From Gammaproteobacteria bacterium (lineage in GTDB: Bacteria > Pseudomonadota > Gammaproteobacteria > Steroidobacterales > Steroidobacteraceae): a DNA stretch of 64,000 bases. Below, one piece after another: positions 10,737-20,507 of this stretch (position 1 is the first letter of the stretch; every line of letters starts with the position of its first letter). The position numbers and the translations under genes were made by a program. The notes beneath the pieces were generated by a model. That model did not search any database, was not told the DNA's origin, and saw only the letters and a program-made list of their open reading frames with translations. The stretch lies in NCBI GenBank assembly GCA_025350055.1, contig JANXYK010000022.1, positions 36,988 through 100,987 on the forward strand, given 5' to 3'.

Positions 10737-12201
10737 CGCGCATGTCCTTGTAGGCCGCGAGCGCCGCGTTGCGCGAATCCTTCAGATCGACGATTGGCAG
10801 CGGATAGTTGCCGCCCAGCTCCACGCCGGCCGCGCGCAGTCGCGCCGCGGGTGCGAGCCAGGGTGCCTGCAGGTCCTCATCGCCCAGCCGCGCGAGTTCC
10901 GGCAGCCAGCGGCGCAGGTACAGTCCCTGCGGGTCGAACTTCTCACCCTGCGTCACCGGATTGAAGATTCGGAAGTAGGGCGCGGCATCCGCGCCGCACC
11001 CCGCGACCCATTGCCAACCGAGTGTGTTGTTGGCGAGATCGGCATCGACCAGGGTGTCCCAGAACCAGCGCGCGCCGGCCTGCCAGGGCAGGCGCAGGTT
11101 CTTCACCAGGAACGAGGCGGCGATCATGCGCACGCGATTGTGCATCCAGCCGCTGTGCCACAGCTCGCGCATGCCGGCATCGACGAGTGGAATGCCGGTG
11201 CGGCCGCGCTGCCAGGTGCGCAGCAGCGCGGGTGATTGCTGCCAGGGAAAGCGCGTGAACTCGCCGCGCAACGGTGCCTCGGTGGTGTGCGGAAAATGAT
11301 GCAGCAGATGCCAGGCGAACTCGCGCCACACCAGCTCATCGAGGAATTTCGCGCGTCCGCTGGCGTCGGCGGGCTGCTTTGATTGCAGCACCGCCTGCCA
11401 CACCTGGCGCATCGAGAGCTCGCCGTGATGCAGGTGCGGCGAGAGACGCGAGCTGCCGCGGATGCCGGGCTGATCGCGCGCTTGCGCATAGCGGCCCAGC
11501 GCGCTGTCGATGAAGGACTGCAGTTGCCGCGCGGCGCCGGCCTCGCCCGGTTGCCAGGCGCTTGCGAGCCCTGCATCCCAAGGGATTTGCGGCAGGTACT
11601 GCAGTGCTGCGAGCTCGAGTGAGTCGGGCCAGTGCGAGGGCGCCGGCAATTTCGCGGGCGCCATGCGCGCAGTGGCGAACTGCAGTTGCTCCAGCAGGCG
11701 ACGCCGGAATGGCGTGTATACCTGATAGGGCGCGTGATCTTGCGTGAGCACCGTGCCAGGTTCGACCAGCAGCGCGCCGCCGCGGCATTCCGCCAGCAGG
11801 CCTGCGTTGCGCAGCTCGCTCTCGATCGCGGTATCGCGCGCGCGCAGTGCCGGCTCGTAGCGCCGGTTCCAGTACACCGCATCGGCGCCGCACTCGCGGC
11901 ACAGGGTCCTGAGCGTCGCCAGCGCCGGGCCACGCCGCAGTATCAGCGCCGAACCCCTGGTCTGCAGTGCGGCGCCCAGGCTTGCGAGCGAGTGGTGCAA
12001 CCACCAGCGCGAGGCCGCGCCCGGCGCCCATGTGCCCTCATCTTCGCTGCTGTCGATATATACGGGAATCACCGGCCCACCGCGTTCGAGCGCAGCCAGC
12101 AGCGCCGGATTGTCGGCGAGCCGCAGGTCGTGGTGCAGCCAGAGGATGGAGGCCGGCGTGTCCAGGAGCTCAGCGCCTCGTGCGCGCTGGCCGCAGCGCA
12201 T
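10726..12201 (-). CDS. phrB: deoxyribodipyrimidine photolyase
   Basis: ILWLHHDLRLADNPAL N-terminus and C-terminal LGWQWVAGCGADAAPYFRIFNPVTQGEKFDP FAD-binding signature. Confidence 0.9.
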   Translation of the reverse strand: MRCGQRARGAELLDTPASILWLHHDLRLADNPALLAALERGGPVIPVYIDSSEDEGTWAPGAASRWWLHHSLASLGAALQTRGSALILRRGPALATLRTLCRECGADAVYWNRRYEPALRARDTAIESELRNAGLLAECRGGALLVEPGTVLTQDHAPYQVYTPFRRRLLEQLQFATARMAPAKLPAPSHWPDSLELAALQYLPQIPWDAGLASAWQPGEAGAARQLQSFIDSALGRYAQARDQPGIRGSSRLSPHLHHGELSMRQVWQAVLQSKQPADASGRAKFLDELVWREFAWHLLHHFPHTTEAPLRGEFTRFPWQQSPALLRTWQRGRTGIPLVDAGMRELWHSGWMHNRVRMIAASFLVKNLRLPWQAGARWFWDTLVDADLANNTLGWQWVAGCGADAAPYFRIFNPVTQGEKFDPQGLYLRRWLPELARLGDEDLQAPWLAPAARLRAAGVELGGNYPLPIVDLKDSRNAALAAYKDMRGAD

Positions 12202-13504
12202 ATTGCGGCGGCGCCTGGTTCAGGCGATTGAGGTATTCGCGTCGTTCGGGCGGCGTGCAGCGCGACCAGTCGATCTTGTCGTTCCAGTTGCTGCGCAGTT
12301 CGCGGTCGCTGACGGTGATTTCGCCAGCCTGGCGCCTGGGTGCAGCGTCGCTGGCGGTCACAGGCTGCAGGCTGCGCGTTTGCCCCGTGGCCAACAATTC
12401 GGCAATCGCGCGCGCCACGGTGGCGCTGCGCGGCAAAGCACTGTGCTCACAACGCAGCTGGTAGTTCGCGCGTCCGTCGAGCCGCGCTGAATCGAAGGCC
12501 ACTGTGCCATCGCCAGCGGAGCTGACCCGGTAGAGGAAATCCTCGCTGTTGCTGCGCACGCCGGTCACGGTGCGTTGCCCGAGTCCGACGATGGCGCAAT
12601 GCCGCTCATCGCTCGCCGGCAGCGTGCCGATGAAACTGCGCGCCGCCTGCAGCAACGCCGGGCTCGGACGCGGGCCGGCGAGCGGCCAGCTCGTCGCCTG
12701 ATGCAGGTCGGGCCCGCCATGGTCGGCAGGGGGCAGCAGCTCATACAGGCTGGGGAAGCTGCCAAACACCTCGTCGGCCAGCATTTCGGCATCATGGTGC
12801 CGGTCGAGCGCCGCGAGCCGCCGTACCACGGGATAGGTGCCGCGCAGTGCCTGCAGGGCGCCATACGACCCGAGCTGCGGCACGCCGAGCGAGATCATGC
12901 GCTGCACTTTTTCCAGGCCCGGCAGCGCGAGGCTGGAGCGTGCGAGCAGGCCACCCATGCTGTGTGCCACGATCATCACCTGCGCGGCGCTGTCGGCGCG
13001 CACGCGCGCGGCGAACTGCGCGGCCAGCACAGTGAGGCTGCGGCGCCAGTCATAGGGATGCACGAGCACGCGGTAACCCGCAGCCTGCAGGCGCAGCTGC
13101 AGTGCGAGGTAAGTGTAGGGAATGGCGCCGAGCGTGATGAGGCCGGCGGCGTCGCCGGGTGTCGCTGCGGTATGCAGGCGCATGAGCCTCAATTGCCCGG
13201 CGATGATGTCCTGCGGGTCGATCCACAACAGGTTGGCGACTTCGGGCGCGGCGCGCGCCAGTCCGAGTTGCGTGCCCATGATGCCGGGCAGCAGATAGAC
13301 CGTGGCGGGGTGGCGGGGTCGGGTGCGGGCGGCGCGTTGTGCCAGCAGTGCCAGGGTCTGGTAGTCGGGGCGGCCAAACACGGCCTGCAGCGCGCGGCGC
13401 GAGCGGCCGCTGGCCAGCAGGGCGCACAGCTGCGCATCGTCCAGGCGCATGCGGTCGTAAACCGACGGCGGCGATATGACACTGGCTTCCATATGTGAAA
13501 GCAT
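12170..13504 (-). CDS. alpha/beta-hydrolase (lipase/esterase-like) of unknown specificity
   Basis: Nucleophile elbow AHSMGG inside a 444-aa ORF with good GC3. The stop overlaps the photolyase start by 32 nt. Confidence 0.6.
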   Translation of the reverse strand: MLSHMEASVISPPSVYDRMRLDDAQLCALLASGRSRRALQAVFGRPDYQTLALLAQRAARTRPRHPATVYLLPGIMGTQLGLARAAPEVANLLWIDPQDIIAGQLRLMRLHTAATPGDAAGLITLGAIPYTYLALQLRLQAAGYRVLVHPYDWRRSLTVLAAQFAARVRADSAAQVMIVAHSMGGLLARSSLALPGLEKVQRMISLGVPQLGSYGALQALRGTYPVVRRLAALDRHHDAEMLADEVFGSFPSLYELLPPADHGGPDLHQATSWPLAGPRPSPALLQAARSFIGTLPASDERHCAIVGLGQRTVTGVRSNSEDFLYRVSSAGDGTVAFDSARLDGRANYQLRCEHSALPRSATVARAIAELLATGQTRSLQPVTASDAAPRRQAGEITVSDRELRSNWNDKIDWSRCTPPERREYLNRLNQAPPQYALRPARTRR

Positions 13505-13530
13505 ACCCGGCCAGGCCCACGGAGTGGTGC

Positions 13531-14235
13531 ATGCAGATCCTGCTGGTTGAAGATGACGTCGAGGCGGCGCGCCATGTGAGCCATGGCCTGCAGGAAGCCG
13601 GTTATGTCGTGCAGACCTGCGTGACCGGACCTAAGGGCCTGGCCGCGGCCAGCAGCACGCGCTTCGATCTGCTGATCGTCGATCGCATGCTGCCGCAGCT
13701 CGATGGCCTGGCGCTGATCGCCGCGCTCCGGCAGCACTCGGTGACGACGCCGGTGCTGGTGCTGAGTGCGCTCGGCACTGTCGATGATCGCGTCGAGGGT
13801 CTGCGCGCCGGCGGCGATGACTACCTCGTTAAACCCTTCGCGCTGGCAGAACTGTTGGCGCGGGTCGAGGCGCTGCTGCGTCGTGCGCTGGGCGATGTGC
13901 ATCACGTGGGTGTATTGAAACTTGCCGACCTCGAACTCAACGTGATCGCCCGGCGCGTGACACGCGGCGGCCGCGAGATCGCGCTGACCGCGCGCGAATT
14001 CCAGCTGCTTGAGTACCTGATGCGTCGCGTCGGCCAGGTGGTGACGCGCACCATGCTGCTCGAGGCCGTGTGGAACCTGCACTTCGACCCGCAGACCAAC
14101 CTGATCGATGTGCACATCTCGCGCCTGCGCCAGGCCATCGATCGTGGTCACGACGTGCCGCTGCTGCACACCATCCGCGGTGCCGGCTACGTGATCAAGG
14201 ATCCGGGCAGCGAGAGCACGAGTCGCGCGCCGTGA
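13531..14235 (+). CDS. OmpR-family response regulator
   Basis: MQILLVEDD receiver start and winged-helix C-terminus (IRGAGYVI). Start trimmed to ATG 13531. Confidence 0.9.
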   Translation: MQILLVEDDVEAARHVSHGLQEAGYVVQTCVTGPKGLAAASSTRFDLLIVDRMLPQLDGLALIAALRQHSVTTPVLVLSALGTVDDRVEGLRAGGDDYLVKPFALAELLARVEALLRRALGDVHHVGVLKLADLELNVIARRVTRGGREIALTAREFQLLEYLMRRVGQVVTRTMLLEAVWNLHFDPQTNLIDVHISRLRQAIDRGHDVPLLHTIRGAGYVIKDPGSESTSRAP

Positions 14236-15602
14236 GCACGCCGCGGCTGCGCTCCTCGACCGCGCGGCTGGCCTTGTTGTACCTGTGCGGCGTGGTGCTG
14301 GGCGTGAGCGTGCTGCTGTGGACGGTGTTCCTACTGACTCAGCGGGCGATGGATGGCCAGGTGGACCTGGTGATCCAGACCGAAATCGAATCGTTGAGCG
14401 AGGATTTTCGCGGCGGTGGCCTGCAGCGCCTGGTCGAGGTGCTCGACCATCGTGTCGATGACTGGGGGCGCCTGGGCGCGGTGTATCTGCTGCTCGATCC
14501 GCAGGGACAGCAGCTGGCCGGCAATCTCTCCTCGTGGCCGCTGAACCTGGCGCCGCAGGGTGAGTGGCGCGAGTTCGAGATCAGCGCCAACGAGCATGGC
14601 CGCGAAGTGAGTCATCCGGTGCGCGCGGCACTGGTGGCGCTCGATGGCAACCGGTTGCTGGTGGGCACCGATCTTTCCGAGCGCCGCCGCTTCACGCAGC
14701 GGCTGCGCGTCACGACGCTGTGGGCCATGGGACTCACGGCGCTGCTGATGGCGCTGACCGGCTGGTGGTTCAGTCGGCGCGTCGCCGCGCGTGTGCGCGC
14801 TGTGGCGCAGGCCTGCGCACGCATCATCTCCGGCGATCTCTCGCGGCGCCTGCCGCTCGATGGCAGCTTCGACGAATTCGATCAGCTCGCCGGCGCCGTC
14901 AATGTGATGCTCGATCGCATCGAGCAGCAGACCGCGGCGGTGCGCACCACCTTCAACAGTGCGGCACACGATCTGCGCGCGCCACTGCATCGCATCCGCT
15001 CACGCCTGGAGGCGCAGCTGCAGCACAGCGCGCTCGATGCCGAGGGCAGCAAGGCCATGCAGGCGACCATCGGTGATCTGGAGCGCGTGCAGCACACGCT
15101 GGCGATGCTGCTGCAGATCGCGCAGGCCGAAGCGGCCGGTGGCGCCGCGATCGAAGCGGTCGATCTCGCGGAGCTGGCGCAGCAGTTGTTCGAGCTGTAC
15201 GCGCCCGAGGCGCGCGAGCGCGGCGTCGAGCTGCTGCTGCACAGTGGCGGCGCGGCGGTGATCAAGGGCCACCGCCAACTGCTCGCGCAGTTGTGCACCA
15301 ACTTGCTCGAGAACGCGATCAAGTACGTGCCCGCGGGCGGGCGCGTCGAGTTTTCGGTGCACGGCGATGCCAGCCGAATCACGGTCAGCGTGGGCGACAA
15401 CGGCCCTGGCATCCCGGAAGCGGCCCGCGGCAGCATGCTGCTGCCGTTCCGGCGTCTTGAACGCGACGCTGCCGTGCCAGGAAGCGGCCTGGGGCTGAGC
15501 CTGGTGGCGGCTGTCGTACGATTGCATGGCGGTACGCTCGAGCTGTGCGAAAATGCCCCGGGATTGCTGGTGCGCTGTGCTTTTCCGGCGCGCCAGGCTT
15601 AA
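14232..15602 (+). CDS. sensor histidine kinase (2 TM, HAMP, HisKA, HATPase)
   Basis: H-box FNSAAHDLRAPL, N-box LLENAIKY and G-boxes DNGPGI / GSGLGLS. GTG 14232 overlaps the regulator stop (GTGA). Confidence 0.85.
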   Translation: MSTPRLRSSTARLALLYLCGVVLGVSVLLWTVFLLTQRAMDGQVDLVIQTEIESLSEDFRGGGLQRLVEVLDHRVDDWGRLGAVYLLLDPQGQQLAGNLSSWPLNLAPQGEWREFEISANEHGREVSHPVRAALVALDGNRLLVGTDLSERRRFTQRLRVTTLWAMGLTALLMALTGWWFSRRVAARVRAVAQACARIISGDLSRRLPLDGSFDEFDQLAGAVNVMLDRIEQQTAAVRTTFNSAAHDLRAPLHRIRSRLEAQLQHSALDAEGSKAMQATIGDLERVQHTLAMLLQIAQAEAAGGAAIEAVDLAELAQQLFELYAPEARERGVELLLHSGGAAVIKGHRQLLAQLCTNLLENAIKYVPAGGRVEFSVHGDASRITVSVGDNGPGIPEAARGSMLLPFRRLERDAAVPGSGLGLSLVAAVVRLHGGTLELCENAPGLLVRCAFPARQA

Positions 15603-15627
15603 CCATAATGCGGCCGCAGGAATTTCC

Positions 15628-16086
15628 ATGAACGAGCGCATCAACACCATCATTGCCCGCCTGGCGAATCAGCCGGGGCCATTGCTGCTGGTGTTGCATG
15701 CGATCCAGGAAGAGCTGGGCTACATTCCCGAGGAAGCCGTGCCGCAGGTGGCCGAGGGGCTGAACCTCTCGCGCGCTGAAGTGCATGGCGTCATGACTTT
15801 CTATCATTACTTCCGCCATTCGCCGCCGGGTCGGCATGTGCTGCGCATCTGCCGGGCGGAATCCTGCCAGGCCGTGAACGGCGCGGCGCTCGAGGCGCAG
15901 GCGCAGAAGAGTCTCGCCATCAAGTACCACGAGACCAGCGCCGATGGTGCGGTCACGCTCGAGCCGGTGTACTGCCTTGGTGCCTGCGCCTGCTCGCCGG
16001 CGCTGATGCTCGATGGCGAGCTGCATGGTCGCGTGACACCACAGCGCCTCGAGCAACTGCTCGCTGCTTGCAAGAAGCGCGCATGA
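15628..16086 (+). CDS. fdsG: NAD-dependent formate dehydrogenase gamma subunit (NuoE-like 2Fe-2S)
   Basis: NuoE-type pattern LLLVLHAIQEELGYIP..C..ESC....C.GAC. ATG 15628 lies 25 nt after the kinase stop. Confidence 0.8.
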   Translation: MNERINTIIARLANQPGPLLLVLHAIQEELGYIPEEAVPQVAEGLNLSRAEVHGVMTFYHYFRHSPPGRHVLRICRAESCQAVNGAALEAQAQKSLAIKYHETSADGAVTLEPVYCLGACACSPALMLDGELHGRVTPQRLEQLLAACKKRA

Positions 16087-17630
16087 GCACCGTGGTTTAT
16101 GTGCCGCGCGATGCCGGTGCACTGGCGCTCGGTGCCGAGCGTGTGGCACAGGCGATTGCGGCGCAGGCGCTCAGCAGCGGCGCCGCGGTCACGATCAAGC
16201 GCAATGGTTCGCGCGGCCTGTACTGGCTAGAGCCGCTGGTTGAAGTGGTCGCTGCGAAGGGCCGTGTGGCCTATGGTCCGGTGCAGGTTGAAGATGTGCC
16301 CGGTTTGTTCGCTGCCAATTTTCTCGCGGGCGGCGCGCATCCCTTGCTGCTCGGGCCGATCGAACAGCATCCCTATGTGGTGCGCCAGCAGCGCGTCACC
16401 TTTGCACGGGTCGGCATCACCGAGCCCACCAGCATCAGCGACTACGTCGCGCACGGTGGTTACCAGGGCCTGAAGCGCGCGCTCGGCATGCAGCCGGGCG
16501 ATATCGTGCAGGCTGTGACTGATTCGGGTCTGCGCGGCCGCGGCGGCGCGGCTTTCCCCACCGGCATCAAGTGGCGCACCGTGCTCGACAGCGTAGCGCC
16601 ACAGAAATACATCACCTGCAATGCCGATGAAGGCGACTCAGGCACTTTTGCCGATCGCATGCTGATGGAAGGCGATCCCTTGATGCTGATCGAGGGCATG
16701 ACGATCGCGGGGCTCGCGGTCGGTGCCACGCGGGGCTATATCTACCTGCGCGAGGAATATCCGCACGCGCATGCGGCGCTGAAAGAAGCCATCGCCAACG
16801 CCTATCGCGAACGGTATTTGGGCGCCGATGTGCAGGGCAGCGGCAAGTGCTTTGATCTCGAGGTGCGACTCGGCGCGGGTGCCTACATCTGCGGCGAAGA
16901 GACCTCGATGCTCGAGAGTCTCGAGGGCCGCCGCGGCGAAGTGCGCGTGCGCCCGCCACTGCCGGCGATCAAGGGCCTGTTCGGCATGCCGACCGTGGTC
17001 AACAACGTGATCTCGCTGGCGACCGTGCCCGCGATATTGAAGGACGGCGCCGCGGCCTATCGCGACCTGGGCGTCGGCAAGTCGCGCGGCACCTTGCCGC
17101 TGCAACTGGCGGGCAACCTCAAGCAGCCGGGGCTCGTCGAGCTCGCCTTCGGCACGAGCCTGCGCGAGATCCTGTACACCTATGGCGGCGGTTCGGCTTC
17201 GGGGCGCCCGCTACGCGCGGTGCAGATCGGCGGGCCGCTGGGCGCCTTCGTGCCCGAGCAGCACTTCGATACGCTGATCGACTACGAAGCGCTGAGTGCG
17301 GTGGGTGCGCTGCTGGGCCACGGCGGCATCGTCGCCTTCGACGACAGTGTCGACATGGCCCACATGGCGCGTTACGCGATGGAATTCTGCGCCGCCGAAT
17401 CCTGCGGCAAATGCACGCCCTGTCGCATCGGTTCGACGCGCGGCGTGGAGCTGATCGACCAGCTGCGCAAGGGCGGCGATCGCGAAGCCCAGCTGCAGCG
17501 GCTCGAGAGCCTGTGCGACACGATGGCCGAGGGGTCGCTGTGCGGCCTCGGCTCGATGACGCCGTTTCCGGTGCGCAGCGCCGTCAAGTATTTCCGCGCC
17601 GACTTTTTAAAATCACGATCGCCCGGTTGA
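16083..17630 (+). CDS. fdsB: NAD-dependent formate dehydrogenase beta subunit (NuoF-like, FMN/NAD/4Fe-4S)
   Basis: GLRGRGGAAFPTG.KW, ADEGDSGTF and ESCGKCTPCR NuoF motifs. ATGA overlap with fdsG. Confidence 0.85.
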   Translation: MSTVVYVPRDAGALALGAERVAQAIAAQALSSGAAVTIKRNGSRGLYWLEPLVEVVAAKGRVAYGPVQVEDVPGLFAANFLAGGAHPLLLGPIEQHPYVVRQQRVTFARVGITEPTSISDYVAHGGYQGLKRALGMQPGDIVQAVTDSGLRGRGGAAFPTGIKWRTVLDSVAPQKYITCNADEGDSGTFADRMLMEGDPLMLIEGMTIAGLAVGATRGYIYLREEYPHAHAALKEAIANAYRERYLGADVQGSGKCFDLEVRLGAGAYICGEETSMLESLEGRRGEVRVRPPLPAIKGLFGMPTVVNNVISLATVPAILKDGAAAYRDLGVGKSRGTLPLQLAGNLKQPGLVELAFGTSLREILYTYGGGSASGRPLRAVQIGGPLGAFVPEQHFDTLIDYEALSAVGALLGHGGIVAFDDSVDMAHMARYAMEFCAAESCGKCTPCRIGSTRGVELIDQLRKGGDREAQLQRLESLCDTMAEGSLCGLGSMTPFPVRSAVKYFRADFLKSRSPG

Positions 17631-17645
17631 ACAGAGGAACCTGTC

Positions 17646-20483
17646 ATGCACGCCCTTGATCATGTCGATGCCGGTACACCCGCGAGCATAGCCACGCGCA
17701 CCGTCACGCTGGAGATCGATGGGGTTGCGACCTCGGTGCCTGAGGGGACCTCGATCATGCGCGCGGCCGCGATGGTGGATACGCGCATTCCGAAACTGTG
17801 CGCCACTGATAATCTCAAGGCCTTCGGCTCCTGCCGCCTGTGCCTGGTGGAGATCGAGGGTCGCAAGGGGTATCCGGCGTCCTGCACTACGCTGGTGAGC
17901 GAGGGCATGAAAGTGCATACGCAGTCGGAGCGACTCACCGAGTTGCGTCGCGGCGTGATGGATCTCTATCTCTCCGATCATCCGGCTGCGCTGATTGCGG
18001 CCGATGCGCCCGCGCGCACCGAGATCCGCGAGATGGCGCAGGCGCTGGGCATGACCAAGAGTGGCTACGCCAGCGATGGCGTGCGCCATGCGGGTCTGCC
18101 GAAGGACGAGAGCAATCCCTATTTCACTTTCGACCCGAACGCCTGCATCGTCTGCTCGCGCTGCGTGCGGGCCTGCGATGAAGTGCAGGGCACCCTGGCG
18201 CTGACCATCGAAGGGCGCGGCTTCGGCTCGCGCGTCGCGGCCAGCCAGGGCGAGAGTTTCCTGGATTCCGAGTGCGTGTCCTGCGGTGCCTGTGTGGAAG
18301 CCTGCCCGACCACGGCGCTGCAGGAAAAAACGCTGATCGCGGCAGCGACGCCGAAGCAGGCCACGACCACGACCTGCGCCTATTGCGGCGTGGGCTGTTC
18401 GCTGGTGGCCGAGGTCAGCAATGGCGAAGTGACTCGCATGGTGCCCGATCGCGATGGCCATGCGAACCAGGGCCACGCCTGTGTGAAGGGCCGCTTCGCC
18501 TACGGCTATGCGACGCACAAGGATCGCATCCGCAAGCCGATGATCCGCGCCAAGATCACCGACCCGTGGCAGGAAGTCTCGTGGGAAACCGCGCTCAATC
18601 ATGCGGCCAGCGAGTTCAAGCGCATCCAGGCCAGGTATGGGCGCGATTCGGTCGGCGGCATCACCTCTTCACGCTGCACTAACGAAGAAGCCTACCTGGT
18701 GCAGAAGCTGGTGCGTGCGGCATTCGGCAACAACAATGTCGATACCTGCGCGCGCGTCTGCCATTCGCCCACCGGTTACGGTTTGAAGCAGACGCTGGGT
18801 GAGTCGGCGGGCACGCAGGCTTTCAACTCCGTGATGAAGTCCGACGTGGTCATGCTGGTCGGTGCGAACCCGACCGAAGGCCATCCGGTATTCGCTTCGC
18901 AGTTGAAGCGCGCCCTGCGCGCCGGCGCGAAGCTGATCGTCGTCGATCCGCGCGCCATCGCGCTGGTGCGCACGCCGCATATCGAAGCGCAGCATCACCT
19001 GCAGCTGCTGCCGGGCACCAACGTCGCGCTGCTGACGGCGCTCGCACATGTGATCGTCACCGAGAAGCTGGCGAAAGAGAATTACGTCGCCGAGCGCTGC
19101 GAGAGCGAATCCTGGCAGCGCTGGGTCGCGGCGGTGTCGCGGCCAGAGAATTCGCCCGAGGCGAGTGCAGCGATCACCGGTGTGCCAGCCGCCGAAGTGC
19201 GCGCCGCGGCGCGCCTGTATGCCAATGCCGGCAATGGCGCGATCTATTACGGCCTCGGTGTCACCGAGCACAGCCAGGGCACGACCGCGGTGATGTGCAT
19301 CGCCAACCTCGCGATGGCCACCGGGAACCTGGGCCGCGAGGGCGTGGGCGTCAATCCGCTGCGCGGCCAGAACAATGTGCAGGGCTCCTGCGACGTGGGT
19401 TCGTTCCCGCACGAGCTCGCGGGTTACCGGCACATCTCCGACCCCAACACGCGCGCGCTGTTCGATGGCGCCTGGGGCGTGAAGCTGCTGGATGAACCGG
19501 GCCTGCGCATCCCGAACATGTTTGAGGCGGCGCTCGATGGCAGCTTCAAGGGCATCTACATCCAGGGCGAGGACATGGCGCAGTCCGACCCGAACACGCA
19601 GCATGTGGCTGCGGCCTTTTCGGCGATGGAATGCGTGGTGGTGCAGGACCTGTTCCTGAACGAGACCGCGCTCTATGCCCACGTGCTGCTGCCGGGCTCC
19701 TCGTTCCTCGAGAAGGATGGCACCTTCACCAACGCCGAGCGGCGCATCTCGCGCGTGCGCAAGGTGATGGAGCCGCTGGCCGGCCTCGCCGACTGGGAAG
19801 TCACGGTGGCCTTGTCGAACAAGCTCGGCTATCCGATGACTTACCAGCATCCGTCCGAGGTGATGGACGAGATCGCGCGGCTCACGCCGACCTTCCACGG
19901 GGTGACGTACGAGAAGATCGATCGGCTCGGCAGCGTGCAGTGGCCCTGCAACGAGGCGGCGCCCGAGGGCACGCCGACTATGCACATCGATCGCTTCGTG
20001 CGCGGCAAGGGTCGCTTCTTCGTCACGGACTACGTCGCCACCAGCGAACGGGTATCGGCACGCTTCCCGCTGCTGCTCACCACGGGTCGCATCCTCAGCC
20101 AGTACAACGTGGGCGCGCAGACGCGCCGCACGCACAATGTGGTCTGGCACGATGAAGACGTGCTGGAGATCAACCCGCACGATGCCGAGACGCGCGGCAT
20201 TGTCGATGGCGACTGGGTCGGCATCACGAGTCGTGCCGGTGAAACGGTGCTGCGTGCCGACGTGACCGAGCGCGTGCCGCCGAGCGTGGTGTATACGACT
20301 TTCCATTTCCCGGAATCCGGCGCGAATGTCGTTACCACCGAGCTTTCCGACTGGGCGACCAATTGCCCCGAGTACAAGGTGACCGCGGTGCAGGTGGTGA
20401 AGGTCGCGAAGCCTTCGGCCTGGCAGCAGCGCCATCGCGAACTGGTGGCGCGGCAGAAGATCAAGGGCCATGTGGTGTCGTAG
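17646..20483 (+). CDS. fdsA: formate dehydrogenase alpha subunit (molybdopterin, multiple Fe-S clusters)
   Basis: N-terminal 2Fe-2S and 4Fe-4S Cys clusters, CAYCGVGC MopB cluster, and a 945-aa Mo-bisPGD fold with Cys (not Sec) chemistry. Confidence 0.9.
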   Translation: MHALDHVDAGTPASIATRTVTLEIDGVATSVPEGTSIMRAAAMVDTRIPKLCATDNLKAFGSCRLCLVEIEGRKGYPASCTTLVSEGMKVHTQSERLTELRRGVMDLYLSDHPAALIAADAPARTEIREMAQALGMTKSGYASDGVRHAGLPKDESNPYFTFDPNACIVCSRCVRACDEVQGTLALTIEGRGFGSRVAASQGESFLDSECVSCGACVEACPTTALQEKTLIAAATPKQATTTTCAYCGVGCSLVAEVSNGEVTRMVPDRDGHANQGHACVKGRFAYGYATHKDRIRKPMIRAKITDPWQEVSWETALNHAASEFKRIQARYGRDSVGGITSSRCTNEEAYLVQKLVRAAFGNNNVDTCARVCHSPTGYGLKQTLGESAGTQAFNSVMKSDVVMLVGANPTEGHPVFASQLKRALRAGAKLIVVDPRAIALVRTPHIEAQHHLQLLPGTNVALLTALAHVIVTEKLAKENYVAERCESESWQRWVAAVSRPENSPEASAAITGVPAAEVRAAARLYANAGNGAIYYGLGVTEHSQGTTAVMCIANLAMATGNLGREGVGVNPLRGQNNVQGSCDVGSFPHELAGYRHISDPNTRALFDGAWGVKLLDEPGLRIPNMFEAALDGSFKGIYIQGEDMAQSDPNTQHVAAAFSAMECVVVQDLFLNETALYAHVLLPGSSFLEKDGTFTNAERRISRVRKVMEPLAGLADWEVTVALSNKLGYPMTYQHPSEVMDEIARLTPTFHGVTYEKIDRLGSVQWPCNEAAPEGTPTMHIDRFVRGKGRFFVTDYVATSERVSARFPLLLTTGRILSQYNVGAQTRRTHNVVWHDEDVLEINPHDAETRGIVDGDWVGITSRAGETVLRADVTERVPPSVVYTTFHFPESGANVVTTELSDWATNCPEYKVTAVQVVKVAKPSAWQQRHRELVARQKIKGHVVS

Positions 20484-20507
20484 CGCTCGCCGCGTGACCC
20501 GCAAGCC

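Noticed and set aside
17646-20483. Selenocysteine (in-frame TGA plus SECIS) in the formate dehydrogenase alpha subunit
   Set aside because: The ORF is uninterrupted for 945 codons. This is the Cys-type NAD-linked FdsA class.
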